A stretch of DNA of 64,000 bases from Proteromonas lacertae. Taxonomy: Eukaryota. Position 1 is the first letter of the stretch, and each line of letters opens with the position of its first letter. The stretch spans positions 1 to 64,000 of the forward strand of contig NGBS01001178.1 of NCBI GenBank assembly GCA_002245135.1. Direction: 5' to 3'. The notes under the pieces were generated by a model. That model was not told where the DNA came from, searched no databases, and saw only the letters and a program-made list of their open reading frames with translations. This document shows positions 51,052 to 64,000 of the stretch, piece by piece. The position numbers were made by a program, and so were the translations under genes.

Positions 51052-51711
51052 ATGTCAAGTATAGATGTTTTATTATCAATATTTAGGAGTAAAGTTTTAT
51101 GGAGCTAGAAAGCCACATGTGATGGAACATAGACTTCGAGATACAACTCCTGGACCTAATTCCTATAATATACCAGATAGTTTTTCACAAACAACAAAAT
51201 TCTCATTTGGAAAGACAGAAAGGTTAATTCCAAAGAAAAAGAAAGAAACTAGAGAATATACTGTATTTACTTTGAATATATCATAATATAGCCTGAAAGA
51301 AGATTAGCTACACATCCACCTAGTTATTATGGACTTCAAAAATATCAACCTACCTATTTTGACACATTTCATGATCAAAAAGGTCATTACTCAATAGGTA
51401 AATCACCTCGAATCAAATACGAAAAGATCAAAAAAGAGCCACTAAAAATAGATGAATTAGAAAGGCCCAGCTGTGCTGATGTTCAAGTTTTAGAGAATTC
51501 ACCTCGTTTTTCATTTGCTCGACCTAAATCCAAACCAAGAAGACCAAAATCAGCATTTGATGTAGATCGATGGCCTTATATAAACAATGATTCACCCGGA
51601 CCTGAACATAATCACTTTGAAGATTGGACAAAGCCAAAACTTGGTCATAATAAATATGGAACGATGGGAGTAGCAACTAAAGATGATATAAATCTAATGT
51701 ATTTTAAATAG
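51052..51711 (+). CDS. SHIPPO/ODF3-like PGP-repeat protein (possible axonemal microtubule protein)
   Basis: TPGPNSY, TKFSFGK, YSIGKSPR, SPRFSF and SPGP motifs. Confidence 0.55.
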
Positions 51712-51832
51712 AAACAATAAAAATAGTAGATAATTTAAAAGAATTAATTAATTTTCATTTTTTTATTTTTACAATAAATATTTTGTTTGTATTTTAGAAT
51801 TATAATCATTTTTAATACTTCTCTTTATATTC

Positions 51833-52849
51833 TTAATATAACGGAACTAAACACGAATAATGGCAAGGAAGTGGATCAGTGAAGAAGAAAGGATGTTGTA
51901 AAGCTTCAAATGCTGTAATTCTCTTCTGTGGGTTATAAATCAAAAACTTCTGTAATAAATCAATACTCTGTTTATTAGCTGATGGTATTAATGTATGAAT
52001 AGAAAGAGGCTGTAATTTTGGAAAGAATATTTTGTTATAATCAGGTAAATCTACTATTTCCTATTCAAATATAAATATTTAATAACATATATATATATAT
52101 ATATATACTGCCCATTCTTTTAAACTAGGTGTTCCTAATACTTGAATAACTCGAGATAGCTGATTAATATCATTTTGTCCTGGAAACAAGACATTGAATG
52201 TAAATAACTCATACATAATACATCCAACAGCCCACATATCCACTGGACTACTGTATTTGTACGAACCATATAGTAATTCTGGCGATCTGTACCATTTAGT
52301 TGCTACTTGAGGGGTATAAGTGTTATTATTATTATTACTATTACTGTCATTACTGTTGTTGTTATAAACTCGAGCCAAGCCAAAATCTCCAATTTTTAAT
52401 ATACCTTCACTTGAGAATAAAATATTGGATGGTTTTAAATCTCGATGGATTATATGATTGTTATGACAATATTCTATTCCTTTTAATAACATTAACAAGA
52501 TTGTTTTGATTATAGGTAAAGGAAGTGGGTCTATTTGCTGTTCAAGAAATGTGTATAAATCTACTTCTAAATACTCCAACACTAATGCTATACATGTACC
52601 ACTTGCAAATACATCAAATAGTTTCATTATCTATATATCTTACTCACTAAATATCAATATACATTGGGATGATCGGATTTGTTGTAAGGCTCTTATTTCT
52701 CTTAATGTGGTATTTGGAATACCCTCACCATCACCATTTAAATGAATCTTTTTGATTGCTACAGTCTTACCACTTAACAAATATTTTGCTTTTATAACTT
52801 CACCAAATGCACCTTGCCCAATATTCTCGCAAAATGTGTATTTATCCAT
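51833..52849 (-). CDS. CDK20: Cyclin-dependent kinase of the CDK20/CCRK type
   Basis: [78 protein letters not shown]. Confidence 0.75.
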
Positions 52850-52958
52850 ATATTTCAATCTGTATTATCGATTAGATGAATAGATATAACAAATAACGAT
52901 TTTTAAAACAAAAAAGCTTGATTACCTATCAAACTTATTTTATTTTAAATCACTGATT

Positions 52959-54962
52959 ATGAAAGCTGCAAACAATACTAAAGGAACTAAACGTAAGCAA
53001 CCAGCAGATGACGCTTCTCAGAAAAGAAAACAGATTAAGACTAAAGTCTCTGTTGAGTATATTCTTCGTTTGTTATAAATAGGCCTGCTAAGTCATATAA
53101 ATCTACTTGGAAGGAATTAACAGTAGAATTGAAGAAATTGAAAGAGATGTATTATATATATTGTATACATTTATTGATTTTAGGCTTCTCAGGACAGTAA
53201 GCGTTGCTCATGAAAGAATCAATATTTCTATTGATAATATCTATATAAATTCAGATTATGCAGCAGATCTAAACAATAGTTTTTCTTATTACACATATTT
53301 CTCTCGTTTCAATGATGAAAGCGTGTTAAACGTATAGATATCTGTATATAATTGTAAAATAGACATTGCAATATTTGTTCAATGAAGTTAGCAGTGGAAT
53401 ATTATTTGGAAAATATGACAATAATACTGAATTTCAACTTGTTCCATTTTTCAATGAAAATTATGAAAATAATTGGAAAGACATTGTTCGAATACCACAT
53501 AAATACTTTGCAGCCAAAACTCAATATTTATTAAGTAAAGGAGGTGGAGTAGTATTTGATATAGAAGATAAAGACAAAATGATATGTAATATGAACCATA
53601 TTTATTCAAATGAAAATAGTAAAAATGTAATTATTGTATTATATATATATATATATATATGATTATTATTATTATTTATATAGTCAAAATTAGAATATGA
53701 TAATTTAGTATTGTTCCATTTAATGACGAATTTGTTAGTAGAAAGACAAGTATAAAATAATTTATATTTCAATTATTATTATTAGATTCCTTATATAAAT
53801 GTATTTTTCAATATATTTCGAAATGGTTCATTAAAAGAATATTTAAACGAACCATGTGATGAAAAGAATGATATAATATTAAGACGTAATTTATATATAA
53901 ATTATTGTCCAATTATTTCATTTATAAAAAGAAGTGATTGTAGTGATTTAATTGGTATTTCAACGTTTGATTGGATGTTAGCAAATGAAATGATATTTGA
54001 TAAAAACCGTATAAATAAAAATATATATAGTAAAAATAGATGATGAAAAATATATAAAAACAATAAAAAGTGTAAATGAATGGATAATGAAAGAGAATAG
54101 TATAATATATCGTGGAAGTAGTTGTGGAATATTTGATGATAAGAATAAAGACTTATCCTATAATGTATATCAGAAATTGAAGTTACTTTCAGCAAAGTAT
54201 ATAATTCTATATATTATATAGAAATGATTTAAAATATGATTTCAAACTATTAAAACCATCAATTGATGATTATATTGAAAATAACAATAGTTTGACATTC
54301 ATCAAATATGAAAATGATGTTGAATATGATAAAGAATGGAATATGTATATTATTATTATTATATAATTAATAGATCATATTATAATAAATATAAATATAT
54401 AATCGTAACTCCTGATAGTTATGAATATATAGGATATTTTATAAGACTTCATTGTGTTTTATTGATAGTATCAAGTAGTACTAATAATGATGGAAATAAT
54501 AATAATAATACATCTTATAAAACAATATATGATATGATATTAAAACCAAATATTCATTATATTCCAATTGATGTATTTATATATTTATTTATTTATTTAA
54601 TAGAAAGATTTGAATAACATTGAAGAAGTAATAAGTGATATTTGTATGAATAACAAAAAATATTCACAAATGTGTGATGATGCTTATAATATGTATATAT
54701 TTTCTCCTATTTTTCTATTTATTATTATAGTATTGATCATTATTTATCACGTAAAGGTATATTGGATTTTTATGAGTATTTGTTTAACGAGATTAACAAA
54801 CATTATGAATTAAGAAGTAAAGAAGAGTTTGATTTGGACTATTTCTCAATAGACGATGAGGATTATAGTTCTACATTAATTCCTAATAATAGGAAACCTC
54901 CAATTCGTCTGAAGTATAAGAATGTATCATGTCCTTGTCCAAGATGTAAAGAATTATTATAA
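52959..54962 (+). CDS. Divergent glycosyltransferase family 90 (CAP10)-like protein, intron-rich, no signal peptide
   Basis: YKYII...CVLL...YDMILKPNIHYIPID..DLNNIEEVI...HYLSRKGILDFYEYLF resembles the GT90 C-terminal region. Exon structure is approximate. Confidence 0.5.
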
Positions 54963-55309
54963 ATTATATTGTTATTGTTATTGTGTGTTGAATGACCTAT
55001 TATTTTACTATAAGTGTATATCATATAATCATATACATAAACAATATATTTAGCTGTATATATCATTTTAAAAATAGCCAATTTGACTGTCGATGAGTTT
55101 AAGTAAAATCAAAAAAGGATGATGAAAGTGATTGGTTAAAAAGAGAGATAGTTGAAAGGTTAAAAAGTGTACTTCAACATATAAGCATGTACAAATGTAA
55201 AGGCATATTGCATACTATTTAGAATATTATATTATTTAGTAGATATAACGATGAATAAATTTAAAAATAAACATTTCTTAATAATATCTAATAATTAAAA
55301 TGAATTTAT

Positions 55310-57429
55310 TTAAGAAACTAATAATAATTCAACTGAAGTGTTTTGACCATATAATTCAGCATATGAATATAACGGAGAAGGTAAATCTTTAACAAGTAAA
55401 ACAGGAGATGAATTATTATGACTTATCCAAAATTCTCTTTTATTCATATCAACAATCATTTCATAAATTGAACCATTTCTATGATTTTTGACATTTGGAT
55501 TTTTATTAACAACTGCTTCCAATATTGACAATAATAAGCAATATCTTGACTTTTACCATAATGAGCAACATAATTACATGTTGTTGATTGATTATGAATA
55601 TCATCACCAGAATATGTATTATTAGTTGATAATCCTAACATCATGATATCATATAAACTTCCATTTTGATGAAATTTATATTTGACATGATAAACTCCAT
55701 TTTCCATTTTCAAATCCAAATAACAATAACTCCAACCATCATTTGTATTTGTTATTAATTTTCCATTATTTGAGATTGATATTCCATCACTTTTGTTTAA
55801 TTCTGTGAATTTTATATCAACAAATTCTAGTGATATTTTAAATTTCTTTTCATTTACAATATTCTTACAACTTATTTCATATTCTCTCTTTTCGATTTCT
55901 TTATCTACTTTTCCATGAATTATTCCATTCTCTTTATTTATCATTAAACCATCTGGCAATGAAGGATTGATTGAAAATTCACATCGATTTCCATCAAATG
56001 ATGGAATTATTGATATTTCTTCATATAATAGCAAATGAATAATTCTGAATTGAGGATATGAAAATGATGTGATTTCTTTTGTTTTTAATTCATTCAATAA
56101 TTCTTTATCTTTCATTATTTCTATCATTTCTTCTTCTTCTTCGATACTCAATTTCATATTCTGAATATATTCTATTAATAATTCTTTAGATTTGGAATTT
56201 AGACAATTATCTTCATTCAATATTCTAAAAAGAATTTCTTTTCCACATACTTCCTCCATTATTGAAATACTCTTTTTATCATCAATGAATAAACATATAC
56301 TTTTCATCGTTCGATTTCTTTTATTCTCATTATATTCTATACATAATCTATCCAATAGATTTCTCTTTTCGATATTTGAGATATATTCTATTTAAATATA
56401 TTTTTAGTATTTATACTTTCCTTTTTCATATTTTTATATTTCATTATCATCAATACTATTTCCATCATTTTTATATTATTCATTTCTAATATACACATTA
56501 TTTCATCATTCAATTCTTCTTCTTTCATTTTATCCAACATTCCTTTTTCTTCTTCATTAAAGTCTTCTTCTTCATTATCTTCATTGTAATTGTTGATTAT
56601 TACATTTTGAATTCTATCATCTTTTATTAAATATAATTCTATGTGATTTTTACATTCATTTTTCTTTAATTCTATTTTCATTTCTTTCAACATTTCTTTA
56701 TTCTCTTTTTCTATCTCTTTCTCTTTTATCTTTTCTATATCGATATCTTCTTCTATCAATTGTTTAAAATCATCTTCTATCTCTTTATTATCTTTCTTAT
56801 TCTTTTGGAATTTATACCATTCTAATAATCGATTTAATAACCATAACTCATTCACTATTATCACATCTTTCATATTTAATATCTCGATCAAATTATTCAT
56901 CTCTAATCTCAACAAATATTCATTCTTATATAAATATTTATATCCTCGCTTTTCTATTTCCATATTTTTCAAGTCTTCTATCTCTCTCAAACATCCACCA
57001 AATACATTACATATATGAATTAATTTCATTAATACTTCATCATCTATATTATTCTTCACAAATTCATAACAATCATTTATTATCTCTTTTTCACAATAAC
57101 ATAAACAAAACATCAACACTTCACATACACTCTCTTTACACATTATCAGTTCACCACCACTGTAGTATTTCTCCATCTCATAATAGCCAATTTCTTCGAT
57201 TTCTTCATATAACTCCAAAACCCCAACAAACTCACGATCTAACAACAGTTTCTTTACAGTTTCATTTCCATTCACTAAAATTGATTTGATTGACATTATT
57301 CGATTATCTCCAATCTTCACTTCTATATCACCAAAACCACTTTCAACCAATTTTCGACATAATCTATCATAAATATAAATATAATATATACCCCTCTTCT
57401 CTTATTTCTTTATTCACTTTTATTATCAT
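55310..57429 (-). CDS. BTB/BACK + He_PIG-type Ig + SPRY/B30.2-like protein
   Basis: GFGDIEVKI...MEKYYSGGEL (BTB-like), IIVNELWLL (BACK-like), FSINPSLPDGLMINKENGIIHG (Ig) and MENGVYHVKY...YEMIVDMNKREF...PLYSY (SPRY-like). The first intron is at the same position as in the 22317 gene. One frameshift near 55530. Confidence 0.65.
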
Positions 57430-57800
57430 CTTTATGTAAATATAAAACAAAAATAACGAAATTGGATTTTTATCAAAATTTTGAATAACCCCAAACTTAA
57501 AATGTGATTTAATTGTTGATATATGAATGCAAATGCAATTCTGTTGTTGTATTTTATTTTGGTTATATGATTATCAGCATATTATATTGTGATAAGTCAT
57601 GAATATAATAGTAATGTGGTGTTTAGTGATTTGAATATTTATAATTATTTAAATGTGTTGTTGATCGTTTATTAATGGAATTCAATGTATCTAGAAAGTG
57701 TACGGGATATAAATAGATATTTAACATGTAATACAACATTTGCAGGTTAAATACACTGAGTATAATAAAAACTAATAAACACAATCAAATACATAAATAA

Positions 57801-60398
57801 TTAATTCTTAGTTTCTCTAATCATATCTTCTAAAGACAAAGCTTCATAACTATTGGAGTGATTAATAAACGCATAACATATATCATCTTCTATATAGAAC
57901 TTTAAACTACCAAAGAAATAAATCTTCTTACCATTATAGGTTTGAGATGAATTTATGAATGTTATATCATTTTTACTTGCATATTCAGAAATTACTTCCA
58001 TAAATGGAACTGATGTATAATCTTCCACTGAAGTGTAAAAAATAGACTTTTTGTTATTATTATTATTATTATTATTTGAAACTTTATTATTATCATATAC
58101 ACTATATTCATTAATACTCTTTATATTATCATTATTATCGTTTTTATATAAGTGATATTCTTTCTCATTATTCATTCTACATTCTATCATCTTTAATATT
58201 ATTATAAATTCTTTTCTTATTTCATCATTGATATGGATAATATTATTAAATATGTTTCTCCAATAACAATAATACTTTACTACTATCTCATTATTGATAT
58301 TATTATTATTATTATTAAATAAATAATTATAAATTCCTTTCTTTATATTCTTAAACATTTCTCTCTTTAGAATTAATATAAACTGATTTGGATATAAAAT
58401 ATTACTCCATTCATTCAAAATATAACTTATTTTTTCATGATTATTGTTAGGGCTATTAAATGTGATTATATTATAATCTATAGATTTAATTATTTTTATT
58501 AAAACAGGAATGACTGAGTTAACAAGTAAAGAATTCATTATTTTGTTATTAAATACTCCTTTCCATGGTTTTATCATTTTACATACAGAAATATCCAATG
58601 AATTCTCATTCCATCTCTTTAATACATTTCCTATCTTATTTTTTATTGTGGAAAAAGTCAATGGAATTTCATCATTGAAATATTTTATCCAAGGAATTAC
58701 CCAATCAGAAATTGGTATTGTTTCTTTTGCTGGATTCCAATTGGTTATTGTAGAATGGATTTTTTCCCATAAGTACAAATTTATAAATCTTTTGAATTCT
58801 ATTGGTGGTAGTAAATGTGATAAAATCTCAACTATAAAGAGAATAGAAGATGGTTTTTGAACTTTCCAATTATTAATTATACAAGAACGAATCTATATAT
58901 ATATATAGAAATAGAAATATAAAATAATAATTATACTCGTGGAAGTATTATTGATTCAATTATTTGTATAGTAATTTTATATTCTTCAGTTGAATATTTA
59001 TCATTTTCATCTTCTATGTCATTCTCATTCAAAAGTGGTAAAAATTCATAATTAAAAAATGTTTCAATAATGCATAATTCTTCAGGATTCTATAAACAAT
59101 AAAAAGAAAAGAAAAATACTTCAATAGGATTCCAACCATTCAACTCTATTTCAATTGAATTCTTCAACAATGGATAAATCATATTCACTATTTTATATAA
59201 TTTATATTCTTTCATATAATTCTTCTTTATTTCAACCATAAATTCAGATATATCATCTAACAATAACGGATCTTTATTTTTTAAAATTTTTAATTTTTCA
59301 TATACCATTTCCAGTGTATTTTGTCTTTTTTCTATTTCATTTATTCTTATATTTGTCTGTAATAAATCTTTTTTCATTTCCTTTATTCTTTCATCACATA
59401 CAACAATCTTATCGTTTACTTCTCTTAACTTTGTTTTGGATGTTGTATCAAACAGAATTATATTATAAACTAATTCTTTTCCTATTATATGTTTTGATGT
59501 ATCAACTCCTGGTATAACTGACTTTTTATCTTTCATTTTGCGGAGTACTGGCTCAGATCCTGTAAGATCTAATACTACATCAGTTATACCAAATCCAATT
59601 GATTCTATTGGTTGATTATCATTATCATTTGATTTTTTCTTTTTATTTCTTTTCTGCTTTTTTATTTGTTTATTTTCATTATCATTACCATCATCTTCAT
59701 CTTCTATTATTTGTATTTCATCAAACTCATTTCCTATTTTCCATTTTGTCATATCTTCTTCATTCTCACTTGAATCTTCTTCACTTGAATCTTTAAACTC
59801 TTTTCCATTTACTTCTTCAAACATCTTTTTGTTTGCTTTTAAACTTCCAAATTCATTAAATCCATTGTATCCTAAACCTAAATTTTTGGGTCTTTCTTTA
59901 GTTTGAATTGGTTTATCTATACCATTCTCATTTTTACCTAATCTTCCTTTAAAGCCCATCTTTTCTAACATTTTAAGACCAAATCCTTTCGTATGCTATT
60001 CATTATATATATTGTTGTTATACTTTTTCAAATTTACCAAAATCTCTATCTAATTTTGCTTTTGGAGCTGGTTTAGGTTTTTCTTTTTCTTTTGTTGATG
60101 ATGGTATTATCACTTTCTATATATTTATAAACATAAGAATATATAATACTGGCTTTTCTTCTCCTTCAACACTATCTAACGTCCCTTTTGAGACAAATGA
60201 TAAGGGATTTGATATAGTATTGTTAAGTTCCTATTTACATAAATAAAATGCATATACACATACATTTATATAGTCATTATTACGTTTTCGTTTAATTCTC
60301 TCATTCATTGGTTCAAATTCATCATCTGACGAATCTTGTTCGTTTACATTATCATCTGAATCCCATGCATTGCTATTAAAGTCATCATCACTCTCCAT
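57801..60398 (-). CDS. TFIP11: Tuftelin-interacting protein 11 / Ntr1 spliceosome disassembly factor
   Basis: [35 protein letters not shown]...RPKNLGLG (G-patch), then GCFC-region motifs WNP, WVIPW and IKPWKGVF. Confidence 0.88.
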
Positions 60399-60447
60399 AT
60401 GCAGTTTTTAAATTTTTAAAAAACTTGGCTTGAATAATTTCATTTCA

Positions 60448-61035
60448 ATGATAAGTCCTTTTCTTTGCACCTTATTAGAGTATTTGGCAATATTTAATTT
60501 CCAATTAGGTCAATAATCGGTTATGCATTGCCACTTTACTCATCAATGACAGCAATCAATGAAGGTGATAAAGACAAGCAAGCTTATTTGGTAAAATACT
60601 GGTATTAGCTTTAATCATTAATTCTGCTAGGACTTTAATATCAATTATCACCGTTATATGTGTTTTTACAGATCTATTTCTTTGCTGGTATATTTTGAAA
60701 ATATTACTTTAGGTTTCCAATGTACTATGAAGTTAAATTAGGCTTATTCATATGGTTAGCATTTTATAAGGTATTTTACATAATTAAGAAATTCTATGTT
60801 TTAGGGAGCTGATTGGCTTTTTGAAAAATTCATTTCACCTGCCTTTAAGAAATTCGAACCACAGATCGAAGCTACAGCAAGCAAAATTGGAGATAGTGTT
60901 GTTCATAAAATGACACAAACAGCCTATGAATTTGTAGCTAAATTATTTGGTAAACCAGCTGCTGATATGGCTAAGGCAGGATTAAATGCAAAGAAAGAAG
61001 AAGCAGAAAAGAATGTAGAAACTAAAAGAGATTAA
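60448..61035 (+). CDS. TB2/DP1/HVA22 (REEP/Yop1) ER-shaping protein
   Basis: IGYALPLYSSMTAI...LVKYW...WFPMYYEVKLGLFIWL...GADWLFEKFISP across four introns. Absent from the ORF track. Confidence 0.85.
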
Positions 61036-61159
61036 AGACTAAATTGAAAGAGTAGATAACAAATAATAATAACATTATTTTTTATATTAAATATATATTT
61101 GTAATAATAAACATTCAAATAAAAATAAAAAGAAAATAAATAGAAGTTAAAAACAATCT

Positions 61160-62024
61160 CTAACACCACCATTCAACAGCTCCTAAACCATCTTCTTCAA
61201 TAGTTCCAGTAATAGTCAATGCTTCAGGGACAATCGTATTAACTTCATTCAAATCAAAACTTCTTATTCTATCAAGAGAATTTGCTTGAATATCAATACT
61301 GGATGATCTAGATCTTGGAATTGGTAAAGTATCATTAGCAGAAATAGATGAAGAAGATGGATTACTATTTAACGGCTCTAATTCAGAATCAGGCTTGATA
61401 TCATTAGTTGTGGCTGTTGTACCTTTAATTGTTTCATCAAGTGTTGTGAATTTGATTGTTTTTACTTTAAAATTGATTTTATCTCCTGATTTTAGTTGTA
61501 ATTGTTGTTCTACTTCGTTTTCACTATATGTCCATATCCACATACGATCAGCTGGATTATAACAAGAAGGAATTGGAACTATATATATATATATATATTC
61601 AGAGTAATTATTATATTATACAATATTGTTTAGGAATAAAGATATCTTCATAAAATCCTAATGTTACACGTACACCATCATTTGTACATAGTAATACTTG
61701 TCCCGTTAATAATTCACCAATGAAAGGTCTAAATACTACTAATCTACATGTTACTATTATTATTATAAATAACCAATGGTTTATACCAGGTGTATGAGCT
61801 CCACCATCCCCTGGGTATATAATAGAATCTCCTATTTCAATGAAATCATAAAAAGCAATCACTAAACCAACATCTGGAATTACCATATTACCATATTTCT
61901 TTTCAATTTGATCTTGTAATGTCTATGTTGATAAATATATAGACTAAAATACTTTATTTCTCTCAATACGGAAATTCTCTGGTGATATTCTGATTATATC
62001 TTTTATTCTCACTAACACAAACAT
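61160..62024 (-). CDS. RPC25: RNA polymerase III subunit RPC25/RPC8
   Basis: MFVLVRIKDIIRISP, VIPDVGLVIAFYD, YPGDGG, RLVVFRPFIGE, LGFYEDIFIP, EDGLGAVEWW. Confidence 0.92.
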
Positions 62025-62137
62025 ATTGATGTATATTTCAATATTTATTTGCTGTTATATAATATACTGAACGAGAATTTTGATAAATGAAAAAAGTCAA
62101 ACTTTAATCAAGCTTTTAGAGAAGTATTGCGAAAAAC

Positions 62138-63000
62138 ATGCAGCCACTGATAATTCCTGTGGTTTACGATAAACAAATACACCATATTCCATTAATAGTA
62201 CCAGAATCTTTCAGGCCATCAGATTTTATAAAAGTATAATTATCTTTTCAATAGTTATAGGCTTCTCTATCTGAAAATATTATTGGTTTAACATTATGTA
62301 ATTTAATTAATAACAGTGAAGTATTGTTTCATATTATTATTGGAAATATAGATTGTTTATCCTATATCTGTCATTGACAATTGTCCCGAAGTTTTTTCAT
62401 CAATAGATTGGAAAAATAGTATATGTACACCGATGTATGATACTCAGACAAAATTACCTCCATATTATTATCCACAAAGGCCAACTACTGCTCCAACACT
62501 TAATATTAAAATCCCTTCAATTGACTCATGGAGAGAAGGACATGGTAGACCCTCAACTGCATGTCCTGGTGATAAGAGATCAGTTATTAAGAATAAATCT
62601 GCACCAATTGTTTTCTCTTGTGTAAATTGTCCACGTAATAGATCCAATAGTTGTATGTGCAAGTCATCATATAGAAAATCTGAAAGAAGATCAAGATCGA
62701 CTAATGCAAAGTATAATTGAAATTATTATTATTATTAGAAAAGATGAAAAACCTGTATTATATAAACCAAAGATTAGAACGTCGTATATTTATTGTTGTT
62801 CGTTATTACATTAATAGATTATCCGAATTTAAAACGCATGAAGAATTGTATAAATATCATCAGGCTACACCTCCTATTCGTTCTTGTCATAGTGCTGTGT
62901 ACTGATGGTAATGTAACATTTATGTTTAATACGATTTACTATTTTTATTGTTTATTTAGGACAAATCAAATACAGAAAGTTAAGTTTTTCTTTATTAATT
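62138..63000 (+). CDS. Hypothetical multi-exon protein (boundaries uncertain)
   Basis: ATG at 62138, short GT-AG introns, and a Pro/Arg-rich exon at 62433-62720 with RPTTAP and RPSTAC motifs. Confidence 0.35.
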
Positions 63001-63456
63001 AATATATCAATCATATACCTATTAGATAACAGTGTTTTTCTTATGTTTGTTTCAGATTAAACAAATACAAATACTAGTTATAACTTTGATCATGTTATTA
63101 ATGAAATTGAGCATGTTTCAAACCATAAAATGAACAGTCGACATTTCTGACATCTTTATAAAATCAATGTTTGTATGTAGACAAATGCATCATTCATAAA
63201 TGCATTAGATAGTGACGTTTTTTTCTCTAGATCTATTCGAATGCAATGTATATTCAATTATGTTTTAAAACGATTCAAATCTAATATGAATTCTTTGATC
63301 GATAAGCAGTTCGAAAATACTGACCATTTTAATAACTTTACAAACGATATTTTTAATCTTTTATTAAGTTTTTATCTCATACAGAGTATCTTACGGTAAA
63401 AGAATAGCTTCAGAATTTTCATAATTTCGTAATATTCGTAATAACCAAGTTATCAG

Positions 63457-63972
63457 ATGAGTAGCACAAGTGAGAGTAAAATGGATGAGAATAAGCCAGT
63501 GTCGATTTATGCTGAAGAAAATATAGAGGCAATAGGTACTGATAAAATACAAGGTATAGGTACGTCAGGTGAAATCGAAGAGAACAGTTCAAATTCTTTA
63601 TGTGAACCTAAGTTTGAAATAGAACCCATCACTGTTGATGGATTTATATTAAGTGGACCAGACGATAGTGATTTAGACATGAAACAAAATTCTGAAATAC
63701 CTCCTCAGTTAACAACAGGCATACCAAATAGTCCTGCTATTTTTACACGTCCAGCAGATGCTGCTCCGACACATACATGCCAAAATGACATGCTAAGAAG
63801 TGTAAGTTCCGATTCTCTTCATTTAAACGGATCTGACTCAGAAGAGATAGATTATTCGGATAAAGAGAGTAGATCAATGAATGGACAAATATCTATAGAT
63901 CCTGACATTATATTTGATGGTGTTTTCCCTTCTAGTAAAAATCGTAATTTAAAAATTGATTATGATCATTAG
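63457..63972 (+). CDS. Acidic low-complexity hypothetical protein
   Basis: 171-aa ATG-started ORF with raised GC content. No family recognised. Confidence 0.5.
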   Translation: MSSTSESKMDENKPVSIYAEENIEAIGTDKIQGIGTSGEIEENSSNSLCEPKFEIEPITVDGFILSGPDDSDLDMKQNSEIPPQLTTGIPNSPAIFTRPADAAPTHTCQNDMLRSVSSDSLHLNGSDSEEIDYSDKESRSMNGQISIDPDIIFDGVFPSSKNRNLKIDYDH

Positions 63973-64000
63973 TTTATAGTAGCGTAATGTATATATACAT

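Noticed and set aside
10602..62024. Stop codons created by polyadenylation, as known in some Blastocystis
   Set aside because: The recognisable genes I reconstructed end in genomic TAA, TAG or TGA codons, so there is no evidence for it here.
15353..62024. RPB4, RPA12 and RPC25 in one window as a functional cluster
   Set aside because: They are spread over 47 kb among unrelated genes in a compact genome, and chance is a sufficient explanation.

Overview
This is a very AT-rich, gene-dense eukaryotic window. Most introns are tiny (about 23-40 nt, GT...AG), and at least one is a U12-type AT-AC intron. That style resembles a Blastocystis/Opalinata-type stramenopile, which is inference only. The left end (1-1895) is the C-terminal part of a Polinton/adintovirus-like protein-primed family-B DNA polymerase. 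It is followed by about 1 kb of structured non-coding DNA: a GC hairpin, an AGAGGAT palindrome array, a triple CCAAT module and an 18-bp iteron-like array. Two giant minus-strand genes (about 2912-9448 and 35381-41050), rebuilt here across introns, each encode two Crinkler/RHS-type P-loop NTPase + PD-(D/E)xK nuclease modules. In each gene one module keeps the NTPase motifs and the other keeps the nuclease motifs, in opposite order between the two genes. Both genes are preceded by the same triple-CCAAT element with 24/23-bp spacing. The rest is mostly housekeeping genes: DnaJ, RPB4, PNP, C1D, RPA12, Obg/MTG2, Tom22, RabGGTase beta, NOP56, TFIP11, REEP/HVA22 and RPC25. There are also cilium-associated genes (CFAP57, CDK20-like, SHIPPO-repeat, RCC1-CaaX) and unusual architectures (PXA-SH2-RUN-PX-PXC nexin, a RING split by EF-hands, BTB-Ig-SPRY, pseudokinase-LRR). 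Single-base frameshifts occur in several genes and may be assembly errors. All calls come from reading motifs by eye; no database searches were run.
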